Notes: generated by a model not told the origin, from the sequence alone. 63,328 bases of DNA, filler included, from Clostridiaceae bacterium (GCA_012839865.1; 4 parts of 4 records of this genome joined end to end with filler, not necessarily neighbours in it); one strand, 5' to 3'. Positions 9,704 to 20,168 are shown, counted from the first letter of the whole stretch. Numbers and translations are program-made.

Positions 9704-10513
9704 TTAAGATGCAATAAGTTTTTTCATAAATTTAACATATTCGGGGAAAACAATGCCGGCATCAACCAAATCAGGATGCCATTTCTTTTCCCATTCAAGG
9801 GACAAATAACCTTTGTAACGTTCTTTTTTCAACTTTTTAATTATTCTTTCTATGGGGATATCTCCTTTTCCAACTTCGCACAAGGCAAAACCCTCATTCC
9901 TTATGTGGTCCTTGATATGCACGTGGATAATATATGGTTTCAGCGCATCGTAAAAAATCTCAAATTTGTCACCATAGACCTTGTCTGAATGTGCAATATC
10001 CCATATTAAACCGGGTTTGCTTCCTTTAATTCTTGACAAAACCGGGCTGAGGGTTTCTACGGTATTAAAATCGCCATGTACCTCAAGCAATACCTTAACA
10101 TTTTTTTTGATGCCATATTGAACCAACTCTTCGATACCTGATGCAACCATCAAAAAAACCTCGTTCCTATTAACTTCGGAGGGAATTTTATCTCCAAACA
10201 CTCTTATATAAGGCACTTGTGCCTTTGAGGCAATATCTATCGTTTTTTTCCCCTCGGAGATACTCTCATTGAAAAAAACTGAACTGTGAAATTTGCATGA
10301 AGTACCAAAACATATAATTTTAAGGTTTTTTTCTTCCAGACGCCTTAAAGTTAATTCAATATTTTGAAGTTGAAACTGAGGAATATTTGGTATAAAAAGC
10401 TCTCCTGCCACTCCTCTTACCTCAATGCCGTCATAACCAAGTCTGTATGCTTCATTAATAATTTTTTCCCATTCCCAATCAGGACAGCCAAGGGTAGAAA
10501 AAGATAATTTCAT
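9704..10513 (-). CDS. Sugar phosphate isomerase/epimerase (xylose-isomerase-like TIM barrel)
   Basis: MKLSFSTLGCP, GYDGIEVR, LLEVHG, LIWDIAH, HVHIKD, LSLEWE; start moved to ATG 10513 by RBS. Confidence 0.88.
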   Translation of the reverse strand: MKLSFSTLGCPDWEWEKIINEAYRLGYDGIEVRGVAGELFIPNIPQFQLQNIELTLRRLEEKNLKIICFGTSCKFHSSVFFNESISEGKKTIDIASKAQVPYIRVFGDKIPSEVNRNEVFLMVASGIEELVQYGIKKNVKVLLEVHGDFNTVETLSPVLSRIKGSKPGLIWDIAHSDKVYGDKFEIFYDALKPYIIHVHIKDHIRNEGFALCEVGKGDIPIERIIKKLKKERYKGYLSLEWEKKWHPDLVDAGIVFPEYVKFMKKLIAS

Positions 10514-10626
10514 TTTAATTCGGTTCTCCCCTCTGTGTATTTTTTTCACAACTAGCCATCATTCCTTAATGTCGCTTTCAGAAAGATAAAAGCTCCAATA
10601 GTTCCTTCCATCAGGAAAAATGTTTG

Positions 10627-11484
10627 TCATCCCTTGACAGCACCTTCAGAAAGCCCGGCAATAAAAGTTTTATTGGTAAAGGCATAGACAATCAGCATGG
10701 GTATAATGGACATTGATGCCCCTGCCAGCATAATGTGCCATTGGGCTGCTGCCATTACTCCATACCGTAATGAGACAACACCTACAGTTAAAGGACGAAG
10801 ATAAGGTTTACTCATTGTAAAAACATTCGCATTTATATAGTCATTCCAGGCAGCCCGAAAGCTAAATAAACCAACAACCCCCAGTATAGGGCGAATCAGT
10901 GGAATAATTATTTGATAATAAATTCTAAAAGGTTTTGCACCATCAATAGTAGCTGCTTCATCCAGTTCCCTTGGCACTGTATTAATAAACCTTGAGATGA
11001 GAAAAATATAAGTTCCCATATTAGCACTGACTATAATTAAAACAACTGGCCAAAGTGAATTGTGAAGTTTCACCTTAACCATTAATAGATAAATAGGGCG
11101 AAGTGTAACTGTACCGATTGATATGAACATTGTCGCAAGTATGGTCTTTTTCAGTAGTTTTCTGCCCCAAAATTCTCTCCGTGAAATGCAATAACCAGCC
11201 ATTGAACTTACAAAGAGTGAAATTAATGCCACCCCTGCTCCCAGAAGAATACTGTTCCTGGTATAAAGGAGAAAATCAAATTGCTGCCATGCCTCAACAT
11301 AGTTGTAAAACATCCACTGCTCAGGCAACAGTCTTCCTCCAAGCATAACATCATAGTTGGACTTGAATGACCCAAGAACAGCATATAAAAGAGGATAAAT
11401 TATAATTATGCAAAAGCTGATTATAAAAATATACTTTATTGCATCAAGCAAGATATGTAATAAGTTTTTCAAGGGTTCTTTCAT
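10627..11484 (-). CDS. Carbohydrate ABC transporter permease
   Basis: EAA motif ELDEAATIDGA; AWNDY; TM pattern. Confidence 0.92.
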   Translation of the reverse strand: MKEPLKNLLHILLDAIKYIFIISFCIIIIYPLLYAVLGSFKSNYDVMLGGRLLPEQWMFYNYVEAWQQFDFLLYTRNSILLGAGVALISLFVSSMAGYCISRREFWGRKLLKKTILATMFISIGTVTLRPIYLLMVKVKLHNSLWPVVLIIVSANMGTYIFLISRFINTVPRELDEAATIDGAKPFRIYYQIIIPLIRPILGVVGLFSFRAAWNDYINANVFTMSKPYLRPLTVGVVSLRYGVMAAAQWHIMLAGASMSIIPMLIVYAFTNKTFIAGLSEGAVKG

Positions 11485-11499
11485 AACTCACTCCTATGA

Positions 11500-12414
11500 T
11501 TAATATTTATTAAAATGGCTTTTTGAAATTCTAAGGTAAATGATAGTGATAATACCTGTAATTAATGCAGTTACCACAGCTGCAGCTGAGCCATAGCCAT
11601 ATTGTGGAGCAAAAGACATCTCTCCTTGTGACGGAAAAAAAGACCTGTATACATAAAGGTACATTACATCAGTTGCTCCTGCCGGCCCGCCGCCCGTCAA
11701 CACCATAATGCTTTGGAAGCCTTTTAATGAAACTATTATGGCAAGCATCAAAACAACTTGCAATACCGGTCCCATCAACGGTATTGTAATAAATGTTAAC
11801 ATTTGCATATAGCTTGCGCCATCAATTTTGGCTGATTCATACATTTCTTCCGGAACCGTTTGAAGACCCGCGAGAAAATATATCATATAGTTGCCTATTG
11901 CTCCCCATGCTGCCACAATAACTGCAGTCACCATTGCCAGATCTCTTCCAAACCAGTTTATAGGTGTGTCAATAAGAGAATACTTAATTAATACCTGATT
12001 TACTATTCCATTGTATGAATTGAACATAAAGTAAAACACAAGACTCATTACCGCAGTGCTAATGATGGTAGGCATAAATATTATTGCCCGGAATATATCC
12101 TTAAATTTAATTTTGGAGTTTAAAAGAACAGCAAGAAAAAAAGACAATGGCACTGTAACAATAAGTTTTCCAAATGCATACACAAAAGTGTTATATACTG
12201 ATTTCCAATAATCACGATCGCGGGAAAAAAGACGGATGAAATTATCAATACCTATAAATTTTTCCGGATGAAGTCCATCATAACTGTAAAATACATAACG
12301 CAACACCCAACATAGCGGATAAATAACGAAAACTATCAATAGAATAATGCAGGGCATGATCATTAAATAAGTTGATATGTTGTGTTTAATAGATCTTTTT
12401 ATACGGCTTCTCAA
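11500..12414 (-). CDS. Carbohydrate ABC transporter permease
   Basis: EAA motif EMYESAKIDGA; TGGGPAGATDV; YGYGSAAAVV. Confidence 0.92.
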   Translation of the reverse strand: MRSRIKRSIKHNISTYLMIMPCIILLIVFVIYPLCWVLRYVFYSYDGLHPEKFIGIDNFIRLFSRDRDYWKSVYNTFVYAFGKLIVTVPLSFFLAVLLNSKIKFKDIFRAIIFMPTIISTAVMSLVFYFMFNSYNGIVNQVLIKYSLIDTPINWFGRDLAMVTAVIVAAWGAIGNYMIYFLAGLQTVPEEMYESAKIDGASYMQMLTFITIPLMGPVLQVVLMLAIIVSLKGFQSIMVLTGGGPAGATDVMYLYVYRSFFPSQGEMSFAPQYGYGSAAAVVTALITGIITIIYLRISKSHFNKY

Positions 12415-12514
12415 TTTTCATCCGTCCCCTTCCTGCTTGCCCTAAAGATTCAGTACTATTTTGTCGGATTAATACCAGTAAGTTTAAAAAAGGCTAAAAT
12501 ACCCGGTTTTTATA

Positions 12515-13891
12515 TTAATTTGTTGGATCAAAACCAGGGATGATAACTCTTTTTACCGTACCGGCTCTTTCACATTCATCAAGCCCCTTATTGTAACGCT
12601 GTGTCAAATCATTCAATGCTTCATCCACATCTACAGCACCCAATATTATTGCAGCATAAGTATCATAAGCATTTTTACCTTCAAATTGCAGTCCTGCAGT
12701 ATCAGGCCTTACAGGCCAGATCATATCAAGAGATTCCTTCATTGCAAAATCTTCTTCTCCAGGCAAACCGCGGGTTTTCGCAATCTTTACCGCAGAAGGA
12801 ACAATAATCGTTCCATAACCTTCTTCCTGATATTGCGCAAGGTATTCATCACTTAATAAATAATCCATATATCTCCATGCAAGATCAGGGTGTTTGCATG
12901 TTATTGAGATACCAAATGACTTGCCTGCATTTTTAATATCAGTCTTCCCACTCGGGTTTTCAGTATCGATACCCGGAAGCGGAGCTGCTCCCCAGTTGCA
13001 TTGTGCAGGGAATTGACCGTCTTTTGCAAAAATTGCTATCTCCCAGTTTCCGTTAATATACATTCCTATTTTACCTGCAGCAAATTGTGTACGCAAAGGA
13101 TCAATAGTAAGTCCTTCAACCCCGGGGAACATTATACCTTCTTCGAACATTTTGCGATGGATGTTCACAATAGGTTTCATTACCGTAAAGTCATACTTGC
13201 CTGTTTTATAATCATAAAAGGAAAACCCGTTACGATAAGCAAGCTGGTCAATAATTCTTTCCCCTACCGAAGATGTAGTTTTCAACGGCATGGCATAACC
13301 ATAAATGCCATCTTTTTTCCCCCATTCTGTAATCTTTTTCGCATACTCATACATTTGCTCAATGGTTTTGGGAGGTTCCTTTAAGCCAACCTTTTCAAAG
13401 ATATCCTTGTTGTATATCAAACGAAATGTAATGCCGCGTTCGGCAAGCGTATAGAGTTTACCATCTACTGTGTTAACTTCATCAATCTTAAAAAGGCTCC
13501 CATACCGCTGCTCAAAATCCTTTGTTACATATTTGTCAATAGGCTGCAGCATGTTGCGATCTACATAATATCTGGCATTGTTAATTACTTGAAATATATC
13601 AGGTGCTTGTTCACTTGCTATAGCAAGCTCAAGGGTTGTTGCATAATCTTCTGTATATGCTTCCATTTTTACGTTTAAGTCGGGGTTTGCATTATTAAAC
13701 TCAGCAAGCTTTTTTTCCCGAAAAACAATATCAGCCCGTTGTGCTGTCCAAAGCAAAATGTCAGTCTTTTTTACGGACTCTGACTCAGAACCAATAGTAC
13801 CTGCGGTTTGTGGTGTACATGCTGAAACCACTGCCAATAGCAAGCAGCATAAAACAACAATTCCAACCATAACCAGGAAACGTTTTTTCAT
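12515..13891 (-). CDS. ABC transporter extracellular solute-binding lipoprotein
   Basis: Lipobox VVSAC, APDIF, FAAGKIGMYINGNW; start set at ATG 13891 after GAAAGGAG RBS. Confidence 0.9.
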   Translation of the reverse strand: MKKRFLVMVGIVVLCCLLLAVVSACTPQTAGTIGSESESVKKTDILLWTAQRADIVFREKKLAEFNNANPDLNVKMEAYTEDYATTLELAIASEQAPDIFQVINNARYYVDRNMLQPIDKYVTKDFEQRYGSLFKIDEVNTVDGKLYTLAERGITFRLIYNKDIFEKVGLKEPPKTIEQMYEYAKKITEWGKKDGIYGYAMPLKTTSSVGERIIDQLAYRNGFSFYDYKTGKYDFTVMKPIVNIHRKMFEEGIMFPGVEGLTIDPLRTQFAAGKIGMYINGNWEIAIFAKDGQFPAQCNWGAAPLPGIDTENPSGKTDIKNAGKSFGISITCKHPDLAWRYMDYLLSDEYLAQYQEEGYGTIIVPSAVKIAKTRGLPGEEDFAMKESLDMIWPVRPDTAGLQFEGKNAYDTYAAIILGAVDVDEALNDLTQRYNKGLDECERAGTVKRVIIPGFDPTN

Positions 13892-15326
13892 TGATATTCT
13901 CCTTTCTAAATTTTTCATATATATTAAGTGGTAACTTCAATAAATCACCAGTTTCGTTCGTGTGCAATCTCAAGCTGTTTAAGAGCTTTTCGATAAGAGG
14001 TTTGTACTTCTTATCCAGCGAAAGATTATAAGATTCTTGTTCATCATTCAAAACATCATATAATTCAATAAATCTCTCATCCTTAAATATATCTACAATC
14101 AGCTTATATTGATCTTCAATTACGCAACGTTGAAAATTGCCTCTGGCACCATTGCCGTCAAATTGAATAAAAATTTTATTTCTGTTTAGCTTTTCCCCGT
14201 TTACCACAGGCATCAATGATGTACCTGAAACTGTATGCTCAAGTTTAATTCCAAGAAAATCACATATTGTAGGAAAAATATCGATAGAGCTCACAAGCTC
14301 ATTCACTTCATTAACTTTCGTCAAAAAACTTTTAGGAAATTTAATAAACAATGGTGTTCGTACAGCCTCTTCATACATGCACATTTTCTGCCATAACCGA
14401 TGTGAGCCAAGCATTTCGCCATGGTCACTTGTAAAAATTATAAGAGAATTTTCATATAAATTTTGCCTTTTCAGCTCATCTATAATCTTCCCTATACAGT
14501 CGTCAAGCAAAGATACCAATCCTAAATAGACCTTCCATATCTCTTTCCATTCATCATAGGAGTAATGACTGCCAATAAATCCTGATAAATTATATAATTG
14601 CAACGGTGATTGGCCTATGCTCCATTTTGCTACATTTTTCGGTAAATCTACTTCCTTGACTTTCGAATACCAAGGCTCAGGAATTTGAAAAGGTGGATGT
14701 GGTGCATGAAACATGGCATTTATCAATAAAGGTTTTAGGGTGTCCCTGTTTCTGATTGCTTCAATTATTTTATTTGTGAAATAAATATCCGTAAAATATT
14801 CTTCTCCATCCTCATATCGTCCTATTGCAGGTTTGGAATATTCTTTCACCCTGGTTATCTTGCCCGAAGCCATTTCAGGTACATACGCTCTATATCCTGC
14901 CCCACCTGGAGGATTTTTTTTATTTGCTTCAAGAAATTCAAAGTACTCCTTCTTATGTCTTATCCATTTTGTTCTGGTATAAGGATTCTCATCAATCTTG
15001 TCCTGGGTGCAAAAATGCTGTTTGCCAATGTGCCAGCTATTCCATGTCTTTTCCAGAACAGTATAAAGGTTCGGGATTGAATTCTTTATGTATCGTTGTT
15101 GAATATCTGTTTCTTCAAACCCATTTATTATACAACCGCTGATATTAGGATAAAGTCCGGTGAAAAAAGAACCTCTTGCAGGTATGCATAAGGGAGATGA
15201 ACAATATGCTCTTGTAAAAATTACACTTTCTTCTGCCAAGAAATTTATATTTGGTGTATATGGTCCTATTGCGTCATATCGAAGCTGGTCAGCCATAATG
15301 ATTATTACGTTGGGTTTTTGCTGCAT
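13785..15326 (-). CDS. Cys-type (S1) sulfatase
   Basis: KPNVIIIMADQLR, CSSPLCIPARGSFFTG (CxPxR), GKQH, FTSDHGEMLG; C-terminus overlaps the next gene by 107 nt. Confidence 0.9.
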   Translation of the reverse strand: MQQKPNVIIIMADQLRYDAIGPYTPNINFLAEESVIFTRAYCSSPLCIPARGSFFTGLYPNISGCIINGFEETDIQQRYIKNSIPNLYTVLEKTWNSWHIGKQHFCTQDKIDENPYTRTKWIRHKKEYFEFLEANKKNPPGGAGYRAYVPEMASGKITRVKEYSKPAIGRYEDGEEYFTDIYFTNKIIEAIRNRDTLKPLLINAMFHAPHPPFQIPEPWYSKVKEVDLPKNVAKWSIGQSPLQLYNLSGFIGSHYSYDEWKEIWKVYLGLVSLLDDCIGKIIDELKRQNLYENSLIIFTSDHGEMLGSHRLWQKMCMYEEAVRTPLFIKFPKSFLTKVNEVNELVSSIDIFPTICDFLGIKLEHTVSGTSLMPVVNGEKLNRNKIFIQFDGNGARGNFQRCVIEDQYKLIVDIFKDERFIELYDVLNDEQESYNLSLDKKYKPLIEKLLNSLRLHTNETGDLLKLPLNIYEKFRKENINEKTFPGYGWNCCFMLLAIGSGFSMYTTNRRYYWF

Positions 15327-15328
15327 AA

Positions 15329-17086
15329 TCAGCTTCTCTCCTTCTTGTCGATCAAGGTAACATATGTATAATATGCTCCGCACAAAAGTTCCCCTTCACT
15401 GTCAAAAAGCCAGGTGGTCATTTTTGTTTTTCCACGCTTTAAAGGAGCATAAAATACTATTGCAGTGTCTTCTTCTTGAACAGGTTGTTCATCGACAAAA
15501 TCTTGTATCGACAGACGTACTTTGCTGACAGGAAGCGCCTTGCCTTCAGGATAAATTCCATCCTCCCCTCGATAGGGGGGAACTCCGTTGCTCATTTCAA
15601 CATTGGCTTCTTTGGGCCAGCGCCTTAATTCTATTCTATAAATACCGTTTTGTTCAATATATATATTCCAAGGGCCATTATCCTTTACACCTTTCCGGAT
15701 ATGAGCCGACTGTACAGATGCGTGGGCATACAACCAGTCAATTGAAGATAAACAAATTTCTTCACCAACATTGTTCCCAATACTGATATAACTAAAATCC
15801 CTTATTAGCGGCGATACCCTGTCCCACCATTTTTCATAATCTCTCCTGAGAATATCAACAATTTCAGGGTTCTGGCCGGCAATGTTGTTTTCTTGTCCGA
15901 TATCATTACCCACATTGTAAAGCTCTGTCCCTCCAATAAGTCTCCATTTGCCCCTCAAAACGCAAGAATCCCATTTTTCCGGATCCATGTCGTGAGGAAG
16001 ATAGCTATATTGAATAACCAAGGTTCGCTCAGGCAATCTGTCAGTATTGCCCCGAAGCAGTCCTTCAAGACTGATTCCGTCAAAATTCACATCTTCCGGT
16101 AACCCCTGTAAGTCGCAAAAATCAATAAGGGTTGGGAGCAAATCTTGTACATGGGTCAACTCATCAATATCACAGGGATTTCTAAGATTGCCGTCAGGCC
16201 AGCGAACAAAGCAAGGCACCCTGTGCCCGCCTTCATACAAACTACATTTTTTGCCCCGCATTCCTGCATTATAAAAATCAACTGCTGTTTTTCCTCCATT
16301 GTCGGATAAAAATATAAAAATCGTATTTCCGGCAAGTCCTGTTTCAGATAACATATCATCCAATTTCCCAATATTTTCATCGATATTTGCTATCATGCCA
16401 AAGTACCTTCCCAAATTTTCATCTAAACCTTGTTCCAGGTACGGTCTTCGGTAGCTTTCGGGGACAAACAAAGGTACATGGGGAGCATTCGGGCAAATAT
16501 ATGCAAAAAACGGGACACCTTCACCGGCACATTTTCTTATCCATTTCATTGCCTCACCAAACCATATGTCGGTACAATAGCCTTTATACTGTTTTTTCTC
16601 CCCATTATGCACATACCAGTCATCGAAATAGTCGTTATTCCAATAATCCGAAGCAGCTCCAATCATTCCTCCGTTATGGCAGAGAGTTTCCTGGAAGCCT
16701 CTGTCCTGTGGACGATACGGGTAATTGTCTCCCAGGTGCCATTTTCCAAAATGTCCAGTTCGATATCCATTTGAAGAAAAATATTCTGCCATAGTCATTA
16801 TATCCTTTCGCACAAAAGTCCGGCCACTACATACATGGTATGCTCCATTTGAGAGGGCATCCATGCCAGTCATAAGCTGCCCCCTTGTCGGAGTACACAT
16901 GGGGGCAACATGAAAATCCGTAAAGCGGATACTTTCTTCAAAAAGCTTATCAATCCGGGGAGTCTTTAGAATAGGGTTGCCAGTACAGCCAAGATCTCCA
17001 TATCCTTGATCGTCCGTAAGTACAATAATAACATTAGGTTTTTGAAATTCTTTTACAACATTTTTCATAATATTCATAATTACCAT
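15329..17086 (-). CDS. Arylsulfatase (Cys-type S1) with C-terminal extension
   Basis: KPNVIIVLTDDQGYGDLG, PMCTPTRGQLMTG (CxPxR), GKWHLG, SDNGG, GKKCSLYEGGHRVP. Confidence 0.93.
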   Translation of the reverse strand: MVIMNIMKNVVKEFQKPNVIIVLTDDQGYGDLGCTGNPILKTPRIDKLFEESIRFTDFHVAPMCTPTRGQLMTGMDALSNGAYHVCSGRTFVRKDIMTMAEYFSSNGYRTGHFGKWHLGDNYPYRPQDRGFQETLCHNGGMIGAASDYWNNDYFDDWYVHNGEKKQYKGYCTDIWFGEAMKWIRKCAGEGVPFFAYICPNAPHVPLFVPESYRRPYLEQGLDENLGRYFGMIANIDENIGKLDDMLSETGLAGNTIFIFLSDNGGKTAVDFYNAGMRGKKCSLYEGGHRVPCFVRWPDGNLRNPCDIDELTHVQDLLPTLIDFCDLQGLPEDVNFDGISLEGLLRGNTDRLPERTLVIQYSYLPHDMDPEKWDSCVLRGKWRLIGGTELYNVGNDIGQENNIAGQNPEIVDILRRDYEKWWDRVSPLIRDFSYISIGNNVGEEICLSSIDWLYAHASVQSAHIRKGVKDNGPWNIYIEQNGIYRIELRRWPKEANVEMSNGVPPYRGEDGIYPEGKALPVSKVRLSIQDFVDEQPVQEEDTAIVFYAPLKRGKTKMTTWLFDSEGELLCGAYYTYVTLIDKKERS

Positions 17087-17165
17087 TCTTCCTTTATTAA
17101 ATTCAGTGGTTTACAACGGCAACCCTAAAATTGACATGATAAATTATTTCGTTCCTCCCATCAAA

Positions 17166-18974
17166 TTACATTGGCATCTGCTTTTCATTCATTTTAATCT
17201 CTTCAAGGATTGCAAGGACAAAAAATGCGGAAGAATACAGGCAGGAAATATTGAACCAGGGTCTGTAAACAACCGCTGATTGCGGATTGGCACCGGCGAT
17301 TCCTCCAATAGCTTCAGGATCTCCTTTTTCTATCTGATTTTCCATACACCAGGTCAATGCTTTTTGTGCAGCATCTAAATGTGACTTGTCTTTTGTATAT
17401 TTGTACAGGCGGTATAAAAGCATGGACCACAATGGTGTTCCCTTATCATCGAACCCAGCCTGTTCGGGAGTTTTATTAAATTGATAATTCCAAGAACCGT
17501 CAGGATTCTGAGCCTTTATCAGGCAGCTTGCCATGTCACAGGCAAGATTGAGATAGCGGGGATCATTACTGAGGTTGTATGTGCAGAGTAATCCCTCCAT
17601 TGCCCAACCAAGTCCCCGTGTCATATAAATACATTTATCGGCGTAATCTACTGCCCGATAATAAGCACGCTCCCATAAACCATCACTGCGCTGAAATTTG
17701 CGCAAGTGATTTTCCATATAACGTATACCTAATTCACGATAACTTTCATCACCTGTAAGATGATAAAGTTCATCAAATGCTTTCACACCAAAGCCTGATT
17801 CATCCAGTGTATGCTTGGACCATTCTCCTTCTTCAGGCCAATAATCCTGTGGAGGTACCGGATCTTTTTCCATCAAACGTTTTGTAGTTTTTGCAAATAA
17901 AAGTGCGGCATCCAAAAATCGTTTATCTCCTGTTTTTTTGTAAAGATCGCACCATGCAAATCCACACAGATACCCTGAGTCAGCTGCAGAATTAACCCTT
18001 AAGCGGTTACCCGCAGGCATGGAAGGATTTGGATCCCAACGTGCTGTGCTAAGCCCATCAATTTCATCTCCGGGTTTGTGCACAATACCTATCAGGGAGG
18101 TAAGTCCGGCTTTGTACGCGGTTTTGATCAATATATTCTTTGAATAGATTTCTGTAATTTGAGGTAAATCTGAAGCCTCCAGTAAAGCGCGTATAACAGG
18201 TCCCCAACCCCATAGCCAGCCAGGTAGGCGGTAAGTTCGTGCATCCAGGTCATAGAAAAGGTAGAAGCCTCCATTTAAGGGACTGTTTACAGACTCTATT
18301 TTACTGTTGAGAATATACCTGATGCTCTCCTTCACGGCAAAATTCAAGCGTTCATGAGCAAAGTCCGATGTCCCGTAAACTTTTGTCTTCTGCTGTTCCG
18401 ATTCTTCCTTGATACATGCAGTTCCGATATACCTGTAATCCTGCCCTGCTTTGTAATAAGCGGCAACTTCACCTTCCCAACTTGTTGAAAGCAGCGAAAT
18501 TTCTGCTGTAATCCTGCGTGTCAGATAGAGTGGAACCGGAATACGCAAGCAAAGATAAAAATCCTTTAATTTTATATTTTTATTTTTTAAAAACAAAATA
18601 TTTTCCCATTCAAGCAGTTTATATGACGGAATTTCCACCATTGGCCCTGTTCTGCTGAAATCAGGCCAAAGGCTGCCATTAAAAGAAAACTCAGACTCGG
18701 TATAATTATTTTCTGCGCTAAATAAAACCTTCGCCGTTAAGAGGGGCTTAATCCCAACATCCACAACCGGAAAATAAATTTCGCTTTCATATTGCTGTCT
18801 GACTGTATCCGTCAACTTATCCGGCTTATTTGGTGAGACATCACTAAATCGGCTGATATTTCTATTGCGACTGCTTCTAATCTCAAGCATTATTTCATTG
18901 GTCTGCTCCGGATATTCTATTGTCAGTTCCAGCAAGTTTTTGTTTTTTTTCATATGAATTATTCGAGACATCAT
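17166..18974 (-). CDS. Hypothetical protein with C-terminal (alpha/alpha)6-barrel-like region (glycoside hydrolase/lyase-like)
   Basis: Repeated helical-barrel motifs (LYKKTGDKRFLDAA, LYHLTGDESYRE, QNPDGSW, LYKYTKDKSHLDAA); first gene of the sulfatase operon; RBS before ATG 18974. Confidence 0.7.
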   Translation of the reverse strand: MMSRIIHMKKNKNLLELTIEYPEQTNEIMLEIRSSRNRNISRFSDVSPNKPDKLTDTVRQQYESEIYFPVVDVGIKPLLTAKVLFSAENNYTESEFSFNGSLWPDFSRTGPMVEIPSYKLLEWENILFLKNKNIKLKDFYLCLRIPVPLYLTRRITAEISLLSTSWEGEVAAYYKAGQDYRYIGTACIKEESEQQKTKVYGTSDFAHERLNFAVKESIRYILNSKIESVNSPLNGGFYLFYDLDARTYRLPGWLWGWGPVIRALLEASDLPQITEIYSKNILIKTAYKAGLTSLIGIVHKPGDEIDGLSTARWDPNPSMPAGNRLRVNSAADSGYLCGFAWCDLYKKTGDKRFLDAALLFAKTTKRLMEKDPVPPQDYWPEEGEWSKHTLDESGFGVKAFDELYHLTGDESYRELGIRYMENHLRKFQRSDGLWERAYYRAVDYADKCIYMTRGLGWAMEGLLCTYNLSNDPRYLNLACDMASCLIKAQNPDGSWNYQFNKTPEQAGFDDKGTPLWSMLLYRLYKYTKDKSHLDAAQKALTWCMENQIEKGDPEAIGGIAGANPQSAVVYRPWFNISCLYSSAFFVLAILEEIKMNEKQMPM

Positions 18975-19086
18975 AATCTCCTTTCCCATGGTACAAGAAA
19001 CCATCTAAATAGATCCTTACCTGAAAAATTCAGTATGCGTGAGCGTAAAAGGGAATAAATTTTAGTAATACTATTTATTTGCCTTG

Positions 19087-19115
19087 ATTATAAAGCCATA
19101 TCATTTTGTTGACAA
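19087..19115 (-). promoter_or_regulatory. sigma-A type promoter of the sulfatase operon
   Basis: Minus strand TTGTCA, 17 nt, TATAAT. Confidence 0.5.
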
Positions 19116-19367
19116 TGAGGTTTATTTACAGTATATATGTGGTTATTTTATGTTTTTGATATAACATGGGAGTTTGGAAGAGAGGTTCAATCAGCTTTAA
19201 AAAGATAAACTGATCTTTAATTCCATGAAAAATTACTTTGCTTTTTGATGTGGTTCTCATACTTGAACAAGTAAAAATATGTTTACACTAAGGAATGCTC
19301 CTATATAAATGAATGCTGCAAGCTACAGATGCATAACTTGCAGCTGAAATTACCGCAATAGACCGTT

Positions 19368-20168
19368 TTACAACTCCAGCTTGCCCCGGGTATTTATTCC
19401 GCCTATACCTGCTGCACCTGAAACAGTAAGCATGGATATCTGTTCAGGAGTAACATAAACATTGTTACTGGTTAATGCTACTTTTTTGCCAACTATGCTT
19501 GGATCAAGCGAATTAATCAACACCCTTCCGGGCGAGCTTGCAAAATTTGCCCCTGCTTTCATTATCTCTTCAAAAAAGGACTGGCAGGCTCCGGCAAAGA
19601 CACACAGTTTTTCTTTGTCTTCTTCAAACTCGCGGGCTTGTTTTACAGATTCAATGTAAAACTTTGAAAATCTGTAACTCTCCAATTTGTACTTATCCGC
19701 ATTTTTCTTGATACCATCATGACCGGTTACTATCAATATGTCAGGCCTGTTTTTGACGAGAAGTCTCTTAATATGCCTTGGCTGCTGATCCGCTTCCGCA
19801 AAAAATCCTACAGGATTCAACCCTGCTTTTTTATAGAACTTCAGACAATCCTTAAGATAGTCTTCATCTGAATCTATATGAAGAATTTTTCCCGGGCGGT
19901 TGCGCAGGCGTTCCCTTATAAAATTTCTCAGCTGTCTTGTTTCATGTGACCTTATATTCCCCAATGTGCGGGCTTTGTTTATTTGCGCCACCAATGGATC
20001 CACTTTGATAAGGTCTTCCTCTCTTGAATCAGCAATAAGTCTTTGTGTGATACCCCGCAAGACACACGAACGCTCTCCCCTGTCATGCGAAAACCCTATA
20101 ATTTTAAATAAAAGGTCATTCCCATGTGACTTTCTTGCAACTATATCTCCGACTCTTAATCTGCTCAT
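19368..20168 (-). CDS. yabG: Sporulation peptidase YabG (U57)
   Basis: VGDIVARKSHGNDLLF, PGKILHIDSD, PDILIVTGHD, VFAGACQS, GANFASSPGRVLI. Confidence 0.92.
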   Translation of the reverse strand: MSRLRVGDIVARKSHGNDLLFKIIGFSHDRGERSCVLRGITQRLIADSREEDLIKVDPLVAQINKARTLGNIRSHETRQLRNFIRERLRNRPGKILHIDSDEDYLKDCLKFYKKAGLNPVGFFAEADQQPRHIKRLLVKNRPDILIVTGHDGIKKNADKYKLESYRFSKFYIESVKQAREFEEDKEKLCVFAGACQSFFEEIMKAGANFASSPGRVLINSLDPSIVGKKVALTSNNVYVTPEQISMLTVSGAAGIGGINTRGKLEL

